Shown: positions 1 to 11,753, counted from the whole stretch's first letter. The stretch: 63,050 nucleotides of DNA, filler included, from Pseudomonadota bacterium (GCA_043825735.1; 7 parts of 7 records of this genome joined end to end with filler, not necessarily neighbours in it), one strand, 5' to 3'. Notes: generated from the letters alone by a model not told the origin. Made by a program: numbers and translations.

Positions 1-134
1 GACAAACTCGTAAAAAGTCTGAAATCACCACAGAGTACGCAGAGAGCGCAGAGATAACTTATTAATTATTCATAATATTCTCTGCGGCCCTCTGCGGTCT
101 CTGTGGTTCAAAATCACTTTTTACGAATGCATCA
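1..134. repeat. MITE-like palindromic element (CGTAAAAAGT...ACTTTTTACG ends, nested 9-nt-periodic inverted arms)
   Basis: Identical to 10673-10806; diverged reverse-complement copies at 50004-50141 and 52379-52515. Confidence 0.85.
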
Positions 135-191
135 GTACTGACGTCGTTGTAGCGTTTATACAGACAACACTGACGAGGCGCCTGAAAAACA

Positions 192-941
192 ATGGATCAG
201 AAAAAACTGCTGGCTATTCTAGAGGCCGTCTCCAACGGCCGCGTGTCTGCCGCGCGCGCCGCCGAGGAACTGAGCAAGTACCGATCAGAGGATATCGACT
301 TCGCCCATATAGATCATCACCGGAGCCTTCGCAAGGGCTTTCCGGAAGTGATCTTCGGCGAAGGCAAGTCCGCAGAGCAGATCATCGGCATCATGGAGCG
401 TATGAGCCTCCAGGAGCGTGTTATCCTGGCCACCCGGGTGGACAGGGAAAAGGGCAAAGCGGTCTGCGACCGGTTTTCGGCGGCAGTCTACCACGCTGAT
501 GCACGAATGGTGGTATTGAAGCAGGCGCCGCTGCCAAAACAGGGCCGCGGCCGGATTCTCGTTATGTCCGCGGGCACCTCGGACATCCCCGTGGCCAAAG
601 AGGCCATGCTCACGGCCGACGCCATGGGAAACGCCGTGGATGCGGTGTTCGACATCGGCGTCGCCGGCATCCACCGCCTCTTCAGTTATATGGACCGAAT
701 CGGGGAAGCGTCCGTACTGATCGTCGTGGCGGGCATGGAGGGGGCCTTGCCCAGCGTGGTCGCCGGGCTCGTGGCCAAGCCGGTCATCGCCGTTCCCACC
801 AGCGTGGGCTACGGAGTGAGCCTCGGCGGGCTCACGGCGCTGTTCGGCATGCTGAGCAGCTGCAGTTCCAACGTCGCGGTGGTGAACATCGACAACGGGT
901 TCGGCGCCGGCTACATGGCCTCATGCATCAATCAGGGATAA
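192..941 (+). CDS. larB: Nickel-pincer cofactor biosynthesis protein LarB (PurE/AIR carboxylase-like)
   Basis: DHHRSLRKGFPEVIFGEGK, AGTSDIPVAKEA, DIGVAGIHRL, VAGMEGALPSVVAGL, PTSVGYG and VVNIDNGFGAG motifs. Confidence 0.92.
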   Translation: MDQKKLLAILEAVSNGRVSAARAAEELSKYRSEDIDFAHIDHHRSLRKGFPEVIFGEGKSAEQIIGIMERMSLQERVILATRVDREKGKAVCDRFSAAVYHADARMVVLKQAPLPKQGRGRILVMSAGTSDIPVAKEAMLTADAMGNAVDAVFDIGVAGIHRLFSYMDRIGEASVLIVVAGMEGALPSVVAGLVAKPVIAVPTSVGYGVSLGGLTALFGMLSSCSSNVAVVNIDNGFGAGYMASCINQG

Positions 942-945
942 CAAC

Positions 946-1090
946 AATTCAGGAATATTGGATTGGGGAATTGAGGGATTGAGGGATTGAGGGATTGAGG
1001 GATTGAGGGATTGAGGGATTGGAAAGCCCAATTTGCGGCCGTTTTTCGATTTTATTCCTAAATTCCTAAATTGAGATTTGGCCAATCCCC
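946..1090. repeat. 8-nt tandem repeat (ATTGAGGG x6) with an inverted degenerate partner (ATTCCTAA units)
   Basis: Tandem units at 970-1017, complementary-type units at ~1054-1072; lies between convergent larB and aat. Confidence 0.75.
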
Positions 1091-1810
1091 CTACCCTTTT
1101 TGCCCCGACACCAGTGATGCGGCACTGACTTCCCAGTCCCATCTCCCGGTCAGTCCCGGCGCCCTGCTCGCCTGATTTAGTTTCCGGAGGAAAACCGCCC
1201 GCGGCACCTCCGCCGCCCCGAATTGCATCAGGTGTGCCGTCGTGACCTGACAGTCGATGAAATGAAACCCCTGCCTGGAAAGAAACTGAACCAGCGCCGC
1301 CAGGGCAATTTTTGATGCGTTCGGGCATCGGGAAAACATGGACTCACCGAAAAACCCCTTGCCCACGGACACGCCGTAGAGACCGCCGATAAGCGCGCCA
1401 TCGTCCCACACTTCAACCGAGTGGGCGTAGCCCAGCGTGTGGAGGCGACGATAGGCGGCCGCCATTTCCGCAGTGATCCAGGTCCCCTCACCGCTGATGT
1501 CGCGGATACCGGCGCAGGCCGATATGACCTGCGCGAAATCGCGATCCAGAGTGATCTGCCACCCGCATCGCCGGCACTGCCGACGCAAGCGGCGAGGCAT
1601 GTAAAATGTCTTTGGGTCCAGTACCAACCGAGGATCCGGGCTCCACCAGAGGATGGGATCGGTATCCGTGTACCAGGGGAAAATGCCGCCACGGTACGCC
1701 AGCAACAGCCGCTCTACGGAAAGATCGCCGCCAACGGCGAGCAGACCGTCTTCCCGGGCGAGAGACGGCTTCGGGAAAACGAGGTCCTCATTGAGCAGAT
1801 AGACAGGCAT
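1091..1810 (-). CDS. aat: Leucyl/phenylalanyl-tRNA--protein transferase
   Basis: GLLAVGGDLS, AYRGGIFPW, WWSPDPR, HSVEVW and GESMFS motifs; downstream of clpA. Confidence 0.95.
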   Translation of the reverse strand: MPVYLLNEDLVFPKPSLAREDGLLAVGGDLSVERLLLAYRGGIFPWYTDTDPILWWSPDPRLVLDPKTFYMPRRLRRQCRRCGWQITLDRDFAQVISACAGIRDISGEGTWITAEMAAAYRRLHTLGYAHSVEVWDDGALIGGLYGVSVGKGFFGESMFSRCPNASKIALAALVQFLSRQGFHFIDCQVTTAHLMQFGAAEVPRAVFLRKLNQASRAPGLTGRWDWEVSAASLVSGQKG

Positions 1811-1840
1811 CGAAACCGGTTCCGGAAGGCACTCGGCGCA

Positions 1841-4087
1841 TCAAGAAAAATTAAAAACCGGTTCGTCGTCCTCGATGTCCACGCGCACGACGCCCCCTTT
1901 TTCCAATCGTCCGAACAGGATCTCATCAGAGAGTTTGTCCTTGATATCACGCTGAATGGTCCGTGCCAGCGGCCGGGCGCCGTATGTTGGATCATAACCT
2001 TTCAAGGCCAGCCATCTGCGCGCGGCTTCTGAAATACTGATCGCGATACGCTGGCTCACCAACTGACCATTGAGCTCTGCGATGAACTTGTCGACAATCA
2101 TGCCCATGATTTCCGGATCGAGGGCGTTAAAGTTGATGATGTCGTCAAGCCGGTTTCTGAATTCAGGGCTGAAGAACTGCTCTACAGCGGTTTTTCCGCG
2201 GCCTTTGGCATCCATGCGGGTTTCGCTGAAACCGATGGCCTGGGTGCTCATTTCCCGGGAGCCGGCATTGGAGGTCATAATGATGATGACATTCCTGAAA
2301 TCGGCCTTTCGCCCCGTGTTATCCGTCAGGGTTGCATGATCCAGTACCTGTAAAAGGATGTTGTAGAGATCCTGGTGGGCCTTCTCGATTTCATCCAGCA
2401 GCAGCACGCAATGGGGGTGTTTTCGGATGCCGTCGGTGAGCAGCCCCCCCTGATCGAACCCCACATAGCCGGGGGGAGCACCGATGAGCCGGGCCACCGC
2501 ATGTTTTTCCATATACTCGCTCATGTCAAAACGCATGAACTCGACACCCAGGATCGCCGCCAGCTGGCGGGCGACTTCGGTCTTTCCCACTCCGGTAGGG
2601 CCGGTGAACAAAAAAGATCCGATCGGGTGTCCCGGTGTTTCCAGACCGGCCCGGGCCCGTTTGATGGCGGAGACCAGCCCCGTGATGGCGTCGTCCTGCC
2701 CGAAAACCACACCTTTCAGCCCGGGCTCCAGGCCTTCGAGCCTGATCTTGTCCGAAGCGGTGACACTGATGGCGGGAATCCGTGCCATTTTTGCCACGAT
2801 TTTTTCAATGTCCGAGGCATGGATGGTTTTACGGACGCCCGCGGCGCCAGAGAGCCGAATGGCCGCACCGGCCTCGTCGATGATGTCGATGGCCTTATCC
2901 GGGAGATATCGGTCATTGAGGTATTTGACGGACAGATCCACAGCCGCCTTCAATGCGGCATCCGAGTAGCGATAGCCATGATGGTCCTCATACCGGGAAC
3001 GCAGGCCCTTGAGGATTTGGACTGCCTCGTTGACCGGGGGTTCGGTGATCTCTATCTTTTCAAACCGCCGAGACAGGGCCCGGTCCTTTTCAAAATGGTT
3101 TTTGTATTCCTCGTAAGTGGTCGAGCCGATACACCGGAGCTCTCCGGTGGAAAGGACCGGTTTTAATATGTTGGAAGCGTCCATGGAACCGCCGCTGGTG
3201 GCCCCGGCTCCGACGATGGTGTGGATTTCGTCGATGAAGAGGATGGCATTGGGCTTTGAAGCAAGATCCTTGATCACGGCTTTGAGGCGTTTTTCAAAAT
3301 CCCCCCTGAATTTGGTTCCGGCCAGCAAGGACCCCATGTCGAGAGCATAGATGCGCACATCTGCGAGGGGTTCCGGCACCCGTTTTTCATGGATGAACTG
3401 AGCCAGCCCTTCGGCCATGGCCGTTTTGCCGACTCCCGGATCGCCCACGAACACAGGATTGTTCTTTCGGCGGCGGCAGAGCACTTGCAGGGTGCGTTCC
3501 ATCTCGAGCTGCCGTCCTATGAGCGGGTCGAGCTTTCCCTGGGCAGCCTTGGCCACCAGATCTGTGGTAAAGGCTTCAAGGGGCGTGGGTTTGCGCTTGG
3601 GTTCACTCTCCTCGCTTTTATCATCGGTTTCGGATTCGATCGGCGCCTCGAAATCCTCCCGATCCATTTCACTGGTGACATAGTTCAACACATCAAGACG
3701 GGTGATGCCTTCGTTACTCAGGAAATATTCAGCGTGAGAATCCTTCTCGTGGAAAATAGCGGCCAGGATGTCGCCAATAACGACTTCCTGCTTTTCGGCA
3801 GAACGCGCGTGATTGACCGCCCTCTGAATGACCCGTTGAAACCCGATGGTCTGTTGCAGGACATAGTCCGTGCCTTCAGCGATGGTGTTCATGTGGGCGT
3901 CGAAAAACCGCTCGAGTTCCTCTTTGAGGCGCGGCACATTGCCGCCGCAGCTCTCAATCAGTCTGAGGCCGGCGCTGTCGTGGAGAATGGCATAGAGCAC
4001 GTGTTCAATGCTTACGTACTCATGGCGCCGTCGCTTGGCCTCACGGACGGCAAACCCCAGAGTTGCACTGAGTTCCTTGCTGATCAT
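1841..4087 (-). CDS. clpA: ATP-dependent Clp protease ATP-binding subunit ClpA
   Basis: Two AAA+ modules ([16 protein letters not shown]), IGF loop, clpS upstream. Start placed at MISKEL, which overlaps the clpS stop. Confidence 0.95.
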   Translation of the reverse strand: MISKELSATLGFAVREAKRRRHEYVSIEHVLYAILHDSAGLRLIESCGGNVPRLKEELERFFDAHMNTIAEGTDYVLQQTIGFQRVIQRAVNHARSAEKQEVVIGDILAAIFHEKDSHAEYFLSNEGITRLDVLNYVTSEMDREDFEAPIESETDDKSEESEPKRKPTPLEAFTTDLVAKAAQGKLDPLIGRQLEMERTLQVLCRRRKNNPVFVGDPGVGKTAMAEGLAQFIHEKRVPEPLADVRIYALDMGSLLAGTKFRGDFEKRLKAVIKDLASKPNAILFIDEIHTIVGAGATSGGSMDASNILKPVLSTGELRCIGSTTYEEYKNHFEKDRALSRRFEKIEITEPPVNEAVQILKGLRSRYEDHHGYRYSDAALKAAVDLSVKYLNDRYLPDKAIDIIDEAGAAIRLSGAAGVRKTIHASDIEKIVAKMARIPAISVTASDKIRLEGLEPGLKGVVFGQDDAITGLVSAIKRARAGLETPGHPIGSFLFTGPTGVGKTEVARQLAAILGVEFMRFDMSEYMEKHAVARLIGAPPGYVGFDQGGLLTDGIRKHPHCVLLLDEIEKAHQDLYNILLQVLDHATLTDNTGRKADFRNVIIIMTSNAGSREMSTQAIGFSETRMDAKGRGKTAVEQFFSPEFRNRLDDIINFNALDPEIMGMIVDKFIAELNGQLVSQRIAISISEAARRWLALKGYDPTYGARPLARTIQRDIKDKLSDEILFGRLEKGGVVRVDIEDDEPVFNFS

Positions 4088-4398
4088 TAGTCGTCCTTTT
4101 CCATGGAGCATCGCAACGGGAAGCCGTTTTCCCGCGCCAGGTTATGCACGGTTTCCACTTTGGTCTCAGCCACTTCGTAAGCGTAGACACCGCAGATGCC
4201 GATACCGTTCTGGTGAACATTAAGCATGATGCGCGTGGCGTCATCCATCTGTTTGTGGAAAACATGGATGAGTATGTGCACCACAAACTCCATGGTGGTG
4301 TAGTCGTCGTTGTGTAAAATTACCCGGTACATGGGCGGTTCCTTGACCGTCAACCGCGTGAGTACCGCTTCGTCCGTATCGTGATAGTGGTCTGCCAT
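4087..4398 (-). CDS. clpS: Clp protease adaptor ClpS
   Basis: YRVILHNDDYTTMEFVV and FPLRCSME motifs; start placed at MADHYH. Confidence 0.95.
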   Translation of the reverse strand: MADHYHDTDEAVLTRLTVKEPPMYRVILHNDDYTTMEFVVHILIHVFHKQMDDATRIMLNVHQNGIGICGVYAYEVAETKVETVHNLARENGFPLRCSMEKDD

Positions 4399-4500
4399 AA
4401 CTGTGATTTTCAGGCTCCGCAACTGTTTTACGCAGAATATATACATCCCATTGAAGTGTTGTAAAGTGTGCGGCGTAAAGATCGCTGGGATCGTACCGTC

Positions 4501-7029
4501 TTATCGACCATGGCATTTTTTGAACTTTTTACCGCTGCCGCAGGGACACGGGTCGTTTCGCCCCACTTTGTCCTTAACGCGGCGAACAGGCTTGCGAGTG
4601 GGCGGCGCCTCGCCGCCGCTTGAATAGTGGAGTTCCTGTTGTTTTTCCATTTTTATTTCGGCCACCTGCTGCGGCGCGTCGATCTGGATCCGGAAAAGGA
4701 TCCCGACCGTCTCCTCCTTGACACGTTCGATCATGTCGTTGAAAAGCTCGAACCCCTCTTTCTTGTAAACCAGCAACGGGTTCTGCTGCCCGTAGCCCCG
4801 AAGGCCGATGCCTTCCTTGAGATGGTCCATACTCAGGAGGTGGTCTTTCCACAAGTTGTCCACCGTCTGGAGCATGACATATCGCTCCATCTGACGGAAC
4901 TCATCGGCCGGAATGAGCGATTCCTTCTGCTCGTAGACGGCGACGGCGGCATCGACGATATACGCTGCCAGTCCGTCGGCTGTAAGACCGTCCAGGGTGT
5001 CTTCATCCGGGCTCTGCAAGCGCAGGTTGAACTGTTTGAAAACGGCATCCGTGATAGCCTTCCACTCCCACTCCCCCGGGTAGGCCCGTTCATCGGCATA
5101 CAAGTCGGCAATGTCGTCGGCACAGTCGCGGATCATCTCCATGATGTCGTCGCGCAGATTCTTTCCCGACAGGGCCGTACGACGCTGCTGGTAGATCACC
5201 TCCCGCTGCTGGTTCATGACATCGTCATATTCAAGGAGCTGTTTGCGGATCTCGAAATTGTGGCCTTCCACCCGGGTCTGGGAGTTTTCAATCGCCCTGC
5301 TGATGAGTCCGTGCTCGATGGACTCGCCCTCCTTGAGTCCAAGTTTCTCCATGATGCCGGTAATCCGCTCGCCCCCGAAGATACGCATGAGATCGTCGTC
5401 CAGGGCCAGATAAAACCGCGATGAACCGGGATCGCCCTGCCTGCCGGAGCGCCCCCTGAGCTGGTTGTCGATGCGGCGGCTTTCGTGGCGCTCGGTGCCA
5501 AGGATGTGCAGCCCGCCCAGTTCAGTGACCCCCTCCCCCAGCTTGATGTCGGTACCACGCCCGGCCATGTTGGTGGAAATGGTCACCGCCCCCAATTGCC
5601 CGGCCATTGAGATGACCTCGGCCTCGGTTTCATGGTTCTTGGCATTGAGCACGTTATGAGCAATGCCTCGGCGCTTGAGCTGTGCCGCCAGTTTTTCGCT
5701 CACATCGATGGAAACGGTTCCCACCAGCACCGGTTGTCCTTTCTTGTGCAGCTCGATGATCTCGGCGATGGCGGCCTCGTATTTTTCCTTCTTGGTCTTG
5801 AAGATAACGTCCGGAAAGTCGATCCGGATCATCGGCATGTTGGTGGGAATCACCATCACGTCCAGGTCGTATATCTTCTTGAACTCGGCGGCTTCGGTAT
5901 CGGCGGTGCCGGTCATGCCGGCCAGTTTGTCATACATGCGAAAATAGTTCTGAAAGGTAATGCTGGCCAGGGTCTGGTTCTCGTTTTCGATCTTTACGTT
6001 TTCCTTGGCCTCAAGGGCCTGGTGCAGCCCTTCGCTGTAACGTCGCCCCGGCATGAGCCGTCCGGTGAACTCATCCACGATGATGACGCCGCCGTCTTTA
6101 ACGATGTAATCCACATCACGCTTGAACAAGGTATGCGCCTTGAGGGCCTGGTTGATGTGGTGCAGCACTTCGATGTTTTTAGGATCATAAAGGTTTTCGG
6201 TCTGCAGGAGACCTTCGGCCCGGGCGATCCCCTCTTCGGTCATAACGGCTGAGCGCGCCTTTTCATCGATGGTATAATCCACCTCTCGTTTTAAATGAGG
6301 AATCACGCCGTTGACCATATAGTATAGATCGGTGGATTTCTCCGCCGGGCCCGAAATGATGAGCGGTGTCCGTGCTTCGTCGATAAGGATGCTGTCCACT
6401 TCATCGACGATGGCATAGTGCAGGTCCCGTTGCGCCAGGGAAGACATATCGAACTTCATGTTGTCACGCAGGTAGTCGAACCCGAATTCGTTGTTGGTGC
6501 CATACGTAATGTCAGCACCGTAGGCTTCCTGGCGCTCACGATCATCAAGGCCGTGGACGATGCACCCCACTCTCAACCCGAGGAACTGATAGATCTGGCC
6601 CATCCATTCAGTGTCGCGACTGGCGAGGTAGTCGTTGACGGTAATGATGTGAACGCCTTTTCCCGTCAGCGCGTTCAAATAGGCCGGCAGTGTCGCCACC
6701 AGGGTTTTTCCTTCGCCCGTTTTCATCTCGGCGATATTGCCCCTGTGAAGTACGACCCCGCCGACAAGCTGCATGTCAAAATGGCGCATCTGAAGCGTTC
6801 GGCGGGCGGCCTCACGCACCGTGGCGAATGTTTCCGGGAGCAGATCGTCCAGTGGCTCAGCGTTATCGAGCCGCTCACGAAACCGCTGCGTCTGGGCGGC
6901 AAGTGTGTGATCGTCCATAGCGCGCAGCGTGTCTTCGAAAGCGTTGATGGCTTCCACCAGCGGTTGGATCCGCTTGAGTTCACGATCGTTTTTACTTCCA
7001 AAAATTTTCGTCAAAAATGAGCCTATCAT
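4501..7029 (-). CDS. secA: Preprotein translocase ATPase SecA
   Basis: [38 protein letters not shown] and C-terminal [18 protein letters not shown]; start placed at MIGSFL. Confidence 0.97.
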   Translation of the reverse strand: MIGSFLTKIFGSKNDRELKRIQPLVEAINAFEDTLRAMDDHTLAAQTQRFRERLDNAEPLDDLLPETFATVREAARRTLQMRHFDMQLVGGVVLHRGNIAEMKTGEGKTLVATLPAYLNALTGKGVHIITVNDYLASRDTEWMGQIYQFLGLRVGCIVHGLDDRERQEAYGADITYGTNNEFGFDYLRDNMKFDMSSLAQRDLHYAIVDEVDSILIDEARTPLIISGPAEKSTDLYYMVNGVIPHLKREVDYTIDEKARSAVMTEEGIARAEGLLQTENLYDPKNIEVLHHINQALKAHTLFKRDVDYIVKDGGVIIVDEFTGRLMPGRRYSEGLHQALEAKENVKIENENQTLASITFQNYFRMYDKLAGMTGTADTEAAEFKKIYDLDVMVIPTNMPMIRIDFPDVIFKTKKEKYEAAIAEIIELHKKGQPVLVGTVSIDVSEKLAAQLKRRGIAHNVLNAKNHETEAEVISMAGQLGAVTISTNMAGRGTDIKLGEGVTELGGLHILGTERHESRRIDNQLRGRSGRQGDPGSSRFYLALDDDLMRIFGGERITGIMEKLGLKEGESIEHGLISRAIENSQTRVEGHNFEIRKQLLEYDDVMNQQREVIYQQRRTALSGKNLRDDIMEMIRDCADDIADLYADERAYPGEWEWKAITDAVFKQFNLRLQSPDEDTLDGLTADGLAAYIVDAAVAVYEQKESLIPADEFRQMERYVMLQTVDNLWKDHLLSMDHLKEGIGLRGYGQQNPLLVYKKEGFELFNDMIERVKEETVGILFRIQIDAPQQVAEIKMEKQQELHYSSGGEAPPTRKPVRRVKDKVGRNDPCPCGSGKKFKKCHGR

Positions 7030-7289
7030 GATGCCGTCTTTCTTCTGAGAGTATGTCAAGACCCCATGCGCAAGAGACGCAGATGCGGGCCGAGACCGTT
7101 TTATCGAATGGGCACGACACACGGGCCTCGTAATTTACGTCGCCCGTATTTAGCACCATTCCCTTCGATTGGCAATTTCCGGACGCCAGTGGGCGCTCAT
7201 CTCTATACAGGCGCTTCCGGCCGGCTTTGAGCGCCGTAAGGACGCCCTGGGCAAGAGGACTGCATTGCACAACAACTCCAGGTGGACAT

Positions 7290-7363
7290 CGAAATCGCTA
7301 TCGGGATCGGTATCGACCGCTGAAAACATCGATCCCGATCCCGATTTCGATCCCGACCCCGAT
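7290..7363. repeat. Hexamer-based inverted repeat (ATCGGGATCGGTATCG ... CGATCCCGATCCCGAT)
   Basis: Degenerate 6-nt units in opposing orientations, intergenic. Confidence 0.6.
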
Positions 7364-7405
7364 AGGATTTTGGGGATGAAACGGAACATTATCCTGACAA
7401 GTATT

Positions 7406-7553
7406 CTATAACCAATTTCAAAAATGTCTTTTTAGCCCATATCGACGTTGAAGCCGCGCATCAAATCCTCAATCTGCCGCGTCGGACCTGCGGGTTGATG
7501 CTTGCCTTCGCCTTGATCTGAACCAAAAATCCATTTTTTGAGATAGGTTCTAG
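7406..7553. mobile_element. MITE-like element with imperfect terminal inverted repeats
   Basis: Left end CTATAACCAATTTCAAAAATG versus reverse complement of right end CTAGAACCTATCTCAAAAAATG; 148 bp, no ORF. Confidence 0.6.
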
Positions 7554-7625
7554 TGAAACGTGTCCGAGGAGTGATGGGGCTCACTGGTCGTACTTTGAAA
7601 AAGGTAGGATATGGTGCGGCTTGGG

Positions 7626-8552
7626 TTAGTTGAGGATGTACTTTTCAGGATCGGTGGGCACACCATTCAGCAACACTTCATAGTGAAGGTGTGGGCCGGT
7701 GCTTCTCCCGGTGCTTCCGACTTTGGCGATAAGATCACCGCGCTTTACGACATCGTTTGCCTTTATGACAACGTCCTCGCAGTGCCCATAGCGGGTAACC
7801 ATTCCGTATCCGTGGTCGATAATGACCACATTTCCCAGCAGCCCCTTTCTGCCTGCGAACGTAATGATGCCATCAGCAGTGGCGTTAATGGCGGTTCCCT
7901 TTCGCGTGGCGATGTCGAGGCCTTTGTGAAATTCTCGCAATCCGGTAAACGGTGATGTTCGGTAACCGAAACCCGATGTGTTCCATCCGGTGGTGGGACG
8001 CACGGCGGGGGTTGAAGCCAGCAGATTGACCTGCTCCTCCAAATGCCCGAGAAGGGATTCAAAGCCTTCCGACTGGCGGGAAGTGGCTGTATCGAGCTCC
8101 TGCGTTTGCAGATGCATTTCACGCACCAGGCTGTTGTGGCGTTCTGTCAGGGGCATCTGTGCGTCGAGGTCTTCAGGAATCGAGCCACCCATGCCGAAGA
8201 GCCCAGTCTGTTCCTCGGCCTTCTCAAGGTTGGCGATGACACGGATCTTGTTTTCGAATTCGTTGAGGGCGACCAGCTTTGTCTTGAGCTGGTTGATCTC
8301 CTGAGCGAATTGCTGGATCTGCTTTCGCTGGATGGCGGTCTCTTCGTACTGGTTGGCCAACTCCTTTCGCAACTGCCGCGCGTCGCTGGCATATTGCTTC
8401 AACCGATAGTAGTCATGCACTGCGAATCCGGCGTAAACCGTTGCGCCGGCAATGAGCAGCACCAGAAAGCGGAGCACCGTCTTTGACATGGTGAACTGCC
8501 GGACCGGTGTTCCGGCATTGGTCATAAAGAAGAGGGTGACAGTCTTTTTCAT
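7626..8552 (-). CDS. M23 family metallopeptidase with N-terminal TM helix and coiled coil
   Basis: HKGLD (HxxxD), YGH and GRSTGPHLHYEV (HxH) motifs. Confidence 0.92.
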   Translation of the reverse strand: MKKTVTLFFMTNAGTPVRQFTMSKTVLRFLVLLIAGATVYAGFAVHDYYRLKQYASDARQLRKELANQYEETAIQRKQIQQFAQEINQLKTKLVALNEFENKIRVIANLEKAEEQTGLFGMGGSIPEDLDAQMPLTERHNSLVREMHLQTQELDTATSRQSEGFESLLGHLEEQVNLLASTPAVRPTTGWNTSGFGYRTSPFTGLREFHKGLDIATRKGTAINATADGIITFAGRKGLLGNVVIIDHGYGMVTRYGHCEDVVIKANDVVKRGDLIAKVGSTGRSTGPHLHYEVLLNGVPTDPEKYILN

Positions 8553-8761
8553 CGTCTCTTTTAGGTATGGTGCGATGGCCGCCAGTAATCTCGCACAATC
8601 GCACGATTGCTATTAAAATTTTTTATCCGTTAACACAGCTACAGCCGTCCTGTCAATGATATCCATATTTTACGCGCGTATTTCTGTACAGGCGAGGTTC
8701 ATTTGCAGGAGTTGTCCATCAATACTGCCCTGCCATAAGCCGCCCGGCAGGCCCTATTCAA

Positions 8762-8803
8762 ATTGTCCGGCAGCGGTGCAAAGCGCTCCCGCTGCCGGAC
8801 AAT
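8762..8803 (-). terminator. Stem-loop downstream of folD
   Basis: ATTGTCCGGCAGCGG...CCGCTGCCGGACAAT, 15-bp stem. Confidence 0.6.
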
Positions 8804-8814
8804 GAGATCGACAT

Positions 8815-9723
8815 CTACATGAGACCAAGTTTGAACTTGAGGGATTTGAGCGTGTTCAGCATCAGCATGGTGATGGTCATTGGACCGACGCCACCGGGAA
8901 CCGGCGTGATATAGCCGGCAATCTCCTTGGCTGCGTCAAAGTCCACATCGCCTTTGAGGATGGCGATCGGCTTTCCGGTTTTTTCGCTGATCTTCTCGCC
9001 GACCCGGTTAACGCCGACATCGATGACACAGGCGCCCGGTTTGATCCACTCAGGCTTTACCAGGTCCGGCACCCCGGCAGCGACAATGAGAATGTCGGCG
9101 CGCTTGCAGTGAGCGGCAAGGTCTTTAGTGCGGGTGTGAACGATGGTCACTGTGGCGTTGGCGCCCTTGCCTTTTTGCAGCATCATGTTAGCGATGGGCT
9201 TGCCGACGATGTTTGACCGGCCCACCACCACGACTTCGGCGCCGCTGGTCTCAACGCCAGCGCGAATGATCATTTCCTGAATGCCGAAGGGCGTACAGGG
9301 CGGGAACTTGACTTCATCGCCGCCGATCATCAGGCGCCCGACGTTCACCGGATGAAATCCGTCCACATCCTTGTCCGGGTCGATGGCATTGAGAACTTTT
9401 TTCTCATCGATGTGCTTGGGAAGCGGCAGTTGGACAAGAATGCCGTTGATGCTATCGTCTTTGTTGTATTTGTCAATGAGGGCCAACAGGTCAGACTCTG
9501 AAATGTCTATCGGCTGACTGTCCTGGACTTCCGTGAACCCCACGCGGTGAGCGGTTTGGATCTTTAACGTGACGTAGGATATGGATGCCGGATTTGCACC
9601 GACCAGGATGGTGACCAGACCCGGGACGACGCCGTGTTTCTTCTTGATCTCAGCTACTTCAGCGGTAATTTCTTCGAGAATTTCTTCCCGGATCTCGGTC
9701 CCCTTAATAAGCTTGGCAGTCAT
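8815..9723 (-). CDS. folD: Bifunctional methylene-THF dehydrogenase/cyclohydrolase
   Basis: GILVQLPLP, KDVDGFHP, PCTP, GRSNIVGKP and TPVPGGVGPMT motifs. Confidence 0.97.
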   Translation of the reverse strand: MTAKLIKGTEIREEILEEITAEVAEIKKKHGVVPGLVTILVGANPASISYVTLKIQTAHRVGFTEVQDSQPIDISESDLLALIDKYNKDDSINGILVQLPLPKHIDEKKVLNAIDPDKDVDGFHPVNVGRLMIGGDEVKFPPCTPFGIQEMIIRAGVETSGAEVVVVGRSNIVGKPIANMMLQKGKGANATVTIVHTRTKDLAAHCKRADILIVAAGVPDLVKPEWIKPGACVIDVGVNRVGEKISEKTGKPIAILKGDVDFDAAKEIAGYITPVPGGVGPMTITMLMLNTLKSLKFKLGLM

Positions 9724-9874
9724 GGCCTTTCTCCTTTCTAGAATGATAAATGATGGAATCGGAATGATGGTGGAGGGGTCGCCCCCGATATTTCGGAGTC
9801 AAGATTCTGTAGTTCAATAACGTGGTCATGTCAAGATTATGGATCATCGCCCAAAAAAATTGAGCGATGGATAG

Positions 9875-10112
9875 GGGCCAAGGGACCAAGAGGCCAAGGG
9901 TTCAAGGGGCCAAGGGTTCAAGGGAAAAGCGACAAAGCGACAATGCGAACGGCAAAATCCGTCTGCGGTCCAAGCCATTTTGCCACATGCATTGGGTGTG
10001 GGTTTTGGTTTCGCCGCTAACACTCCGTGGGAATCGGCTGCCGGCCGTCAGCGGTGGACGTGACTCCCAATGCCGACACTTGACCCCTCGAACCCTTGAC
10101 CCCTTGAACCCT
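9875..10112. repeat. Element bounded by inverted 8-nt tandem arms (CCAAGGGN/TTCAAGGG ... CCCTTGAA/CCCTTGAC)
   Basis: About six units at 9875-9924 and about four complementary units at 10080-10112 around a ~155-bp non-coding core. Confidence 0.7.
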
Positions 10113-10143
10113 TTTCTCCGACTAAATGGGATAAGACCCGACT

Positions 10144-10632
10144 TTATTTATCAGCGCTAATGACCTGCCCCCGGGAAGTAAAACTGATGCCTTGCTGCGA
10201 CTCGGCGCCGATCATCACGGTCTCGATCAGTGGTGGATTGACGGCAGTCTTTGACGTCCACTCGACGATGAAATTGGCTCCCGATCCACCGGCTTTGTCT
10301 CTCTGAGGAACAACGTAGCGCACCGATTCAAGTGGTCCCAGCGTGATCGGCTTATCCAGGTATTTTTTGATGAGTGTGCCCTGTGTCTCGTAGTAATCGA
10401 CAGCAGACACCAAGAGCGAACGCCGCAGATCCACGTTGCGGATGCTCAGGGTCACCGTCAGCAAAAACGGTTGCTCCTTACTTCCCACATAGATGTGTGA
10501 ATAGGCCGGCACGTAAACGGTTTGCCCCTGGGACAGACTGATCTTTTCAGCCGCCCACGAAGACAGCGGCATCGCCACCGCTGTCACGACGAATATGACT
10601 ACACCCCATAGAAATCTCTGGTGATGCCGCAT
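10144..10632 (-). CDS. DUF3124-family exported protein
   Basis: Signal peptide; GQTVYVPAYSHIY, TLSIRN, GGSGANFIVEW and QGISFTSRG motifs recognised from memory. Confidence 0.75.
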   Translation of the reverse strand: MRHHQRFLWGVVIFVVTAVAMPLSSWAAEKISLSQGQTVYVPAYSHIYVGSKEQPFLLTVTLSIRNVDLRRSLLVSAVDYYETQGTLIKKYLDKPITLGPLESVRYVVPQRDKAGGSGANFIVEWTSKTAVNPPLIETVMIGAESQQGISFTSRGQVISADK

Positions 10633-10672
10633 AATATTTTCCTCCCTCCGTCTGTGGATGGATACTAAATAG

Positions 10673-10806
10673 GACAAACTCGTAAAAAGTCTGAAATCAC
10701 CACAGAGTACGCAGAGAGCGCAGAGATAACTTATTAATTATTCATAATATTCTCTGCGGCCCTCTGCGGTCTCTGTGGTTCAAAATCACTTTTTACGAAT
10801 GCATCA
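10673..10806. repeat. MITE-like element, identical direct copy of 1-134, at the contig end
   Basis: Base-for-base match to 1-134. Confidence 0.85.
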
Positions 10807-10906
10807 NNNNNNNNNNNNNNNNNNNNNNNNNNNNNNNNNNNNNNNNNNNNTTAATTAATTAANNNNNNNNNNNNNNNNNNNNNNNNNNNNNNNNNNNNNN
10901 NNNNNN
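10807..10906. other. Artificial contig linker
   Basis: 100-nt N-TTAATTAATTAA-N spacer with stop codons in all frames. Confidence 0.99.
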
Positions 10907-11046
10907 TTGACGACAGAACCCCGGATGAGGTCTACTACGGTCTGCCTCACCCTTACTCTGAGGCGGCCTGATGCCTCTATATTTTATTCTTCTGGCTCTT
11001 AGCTTAACGAACCCATCCGGCTGTCCAAGCTTTGGGGTCCACCCCA
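10907..11046 (+). mobile_element. 3' end of an IS3-family element (transposase C-terminus and right end)
   Basis: DDRTPDEVYYGLPHPYSEAA* (10909-10971), then CTGTCCAAGCTTTGGGGTCCACCCCA, an IS3-like end finishing in CA; located at a contig break. Confidence 0.65.
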
Positions 11047-11286
11047 GTCTAAACTATGGTTACAACTTTTTGTCTTCGTGACCTTCCTGGCAAAGCATCC
11101 AATGGTTCGGATAGCGTCAATTGAAGCTTTCTGTACAAGCCTGAAACCAAATGATGGAGATCGACGATTCAGCGAGCGACTGCGCACCGTTGCCGATCTT
11201 GGTGGTTCCATGATAATTATCCAGCGGGACCATTTTTTATGGACATGCAAATACCGGGAGACCATCCACGGGTTTAAGGAAACGAC

Positions 11287-11739
11287 ATGGATATCGCCGT
11301 TCAATACTGGCACTGGCTCGTGGTTGGCATGATTCTCATTATCGCGGAGATATTCGTGCCCAGCTTCACCATCTTCTGGTTCGGCCTGGGGGGATTGGTG
11401 GTGGCAGGTCTGATGCTGCTTTTTTCTGGCATCAGTTTCACCTGGCAGCTGTTCATCTGGGCCATCGCATCGTGCGTGTTCACATTTCTATGGTTCAAGT
11501 TCATCCGGCCCCGGATGACCGATCGGACCACCGCGGGCGTTTCCCGCGAGGCCGTCATCGGCGAAACCGGGCAGGTGGTCCAGGCGCCGGAAGACGGGCG
11601 ACGCGGCAAGGTGCGATTCACCATTCCCCTGCTGGGATCGGAGGAGTGGCCGTTCATCTGTGATGCCGCCGTGTCCGTGGGCGACCGGGTGTCGGTATCG
11701 GACATTTCCGGCAATACGCTGGTGGTCAAAAAAACATAG
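11287..11739 (+). CDS. NfeD-family (YbbJ-like) membrane protein
   Basis: HWLVVGMILIIAE, three TM helices and a C-terminal OB-like domain; paired with an SPFH gene. Confidence 0.88.
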   Translation: MDIAVQYWHWLVVGMILIIAEIFVPSFTIFWFGLGGLVVAGLMLLFSGISFTWQLFIWAIASCVFTFLWFKFIRPRMTDRTTAGVSREAVIGETGQVVQAPEDGRRGKVRFTIPLLGSEEWPFICDAAVSVGDRVSVSDISGNTLVVKKT

Positions 11740-11753
11740 ATTTGGAGGAAAGC

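Noticed and set aside
192..941. larB as functionally linked to the lactate-type dehydrogenase operon
   Set aside because: They are on different contigs and no larA, larC or larE is visible, so linkage cannot be supported.
1..10806. Contig 1 as a circular element or composite transposon because both ends are identical
   Set aside because: The cargo is core housekeeping (secA, clpA, folD), there is no transposase or integrase, and a break at a multi-copy MITE explains the ends.
10807..10906. TTAATTAATTAA motif flanked by Ns (six occurrences) as a biological repeat
   Set aside because: Fixed-length artificial linker with stops in all frames; ORFs ending in XXX-LIN are artefacts.
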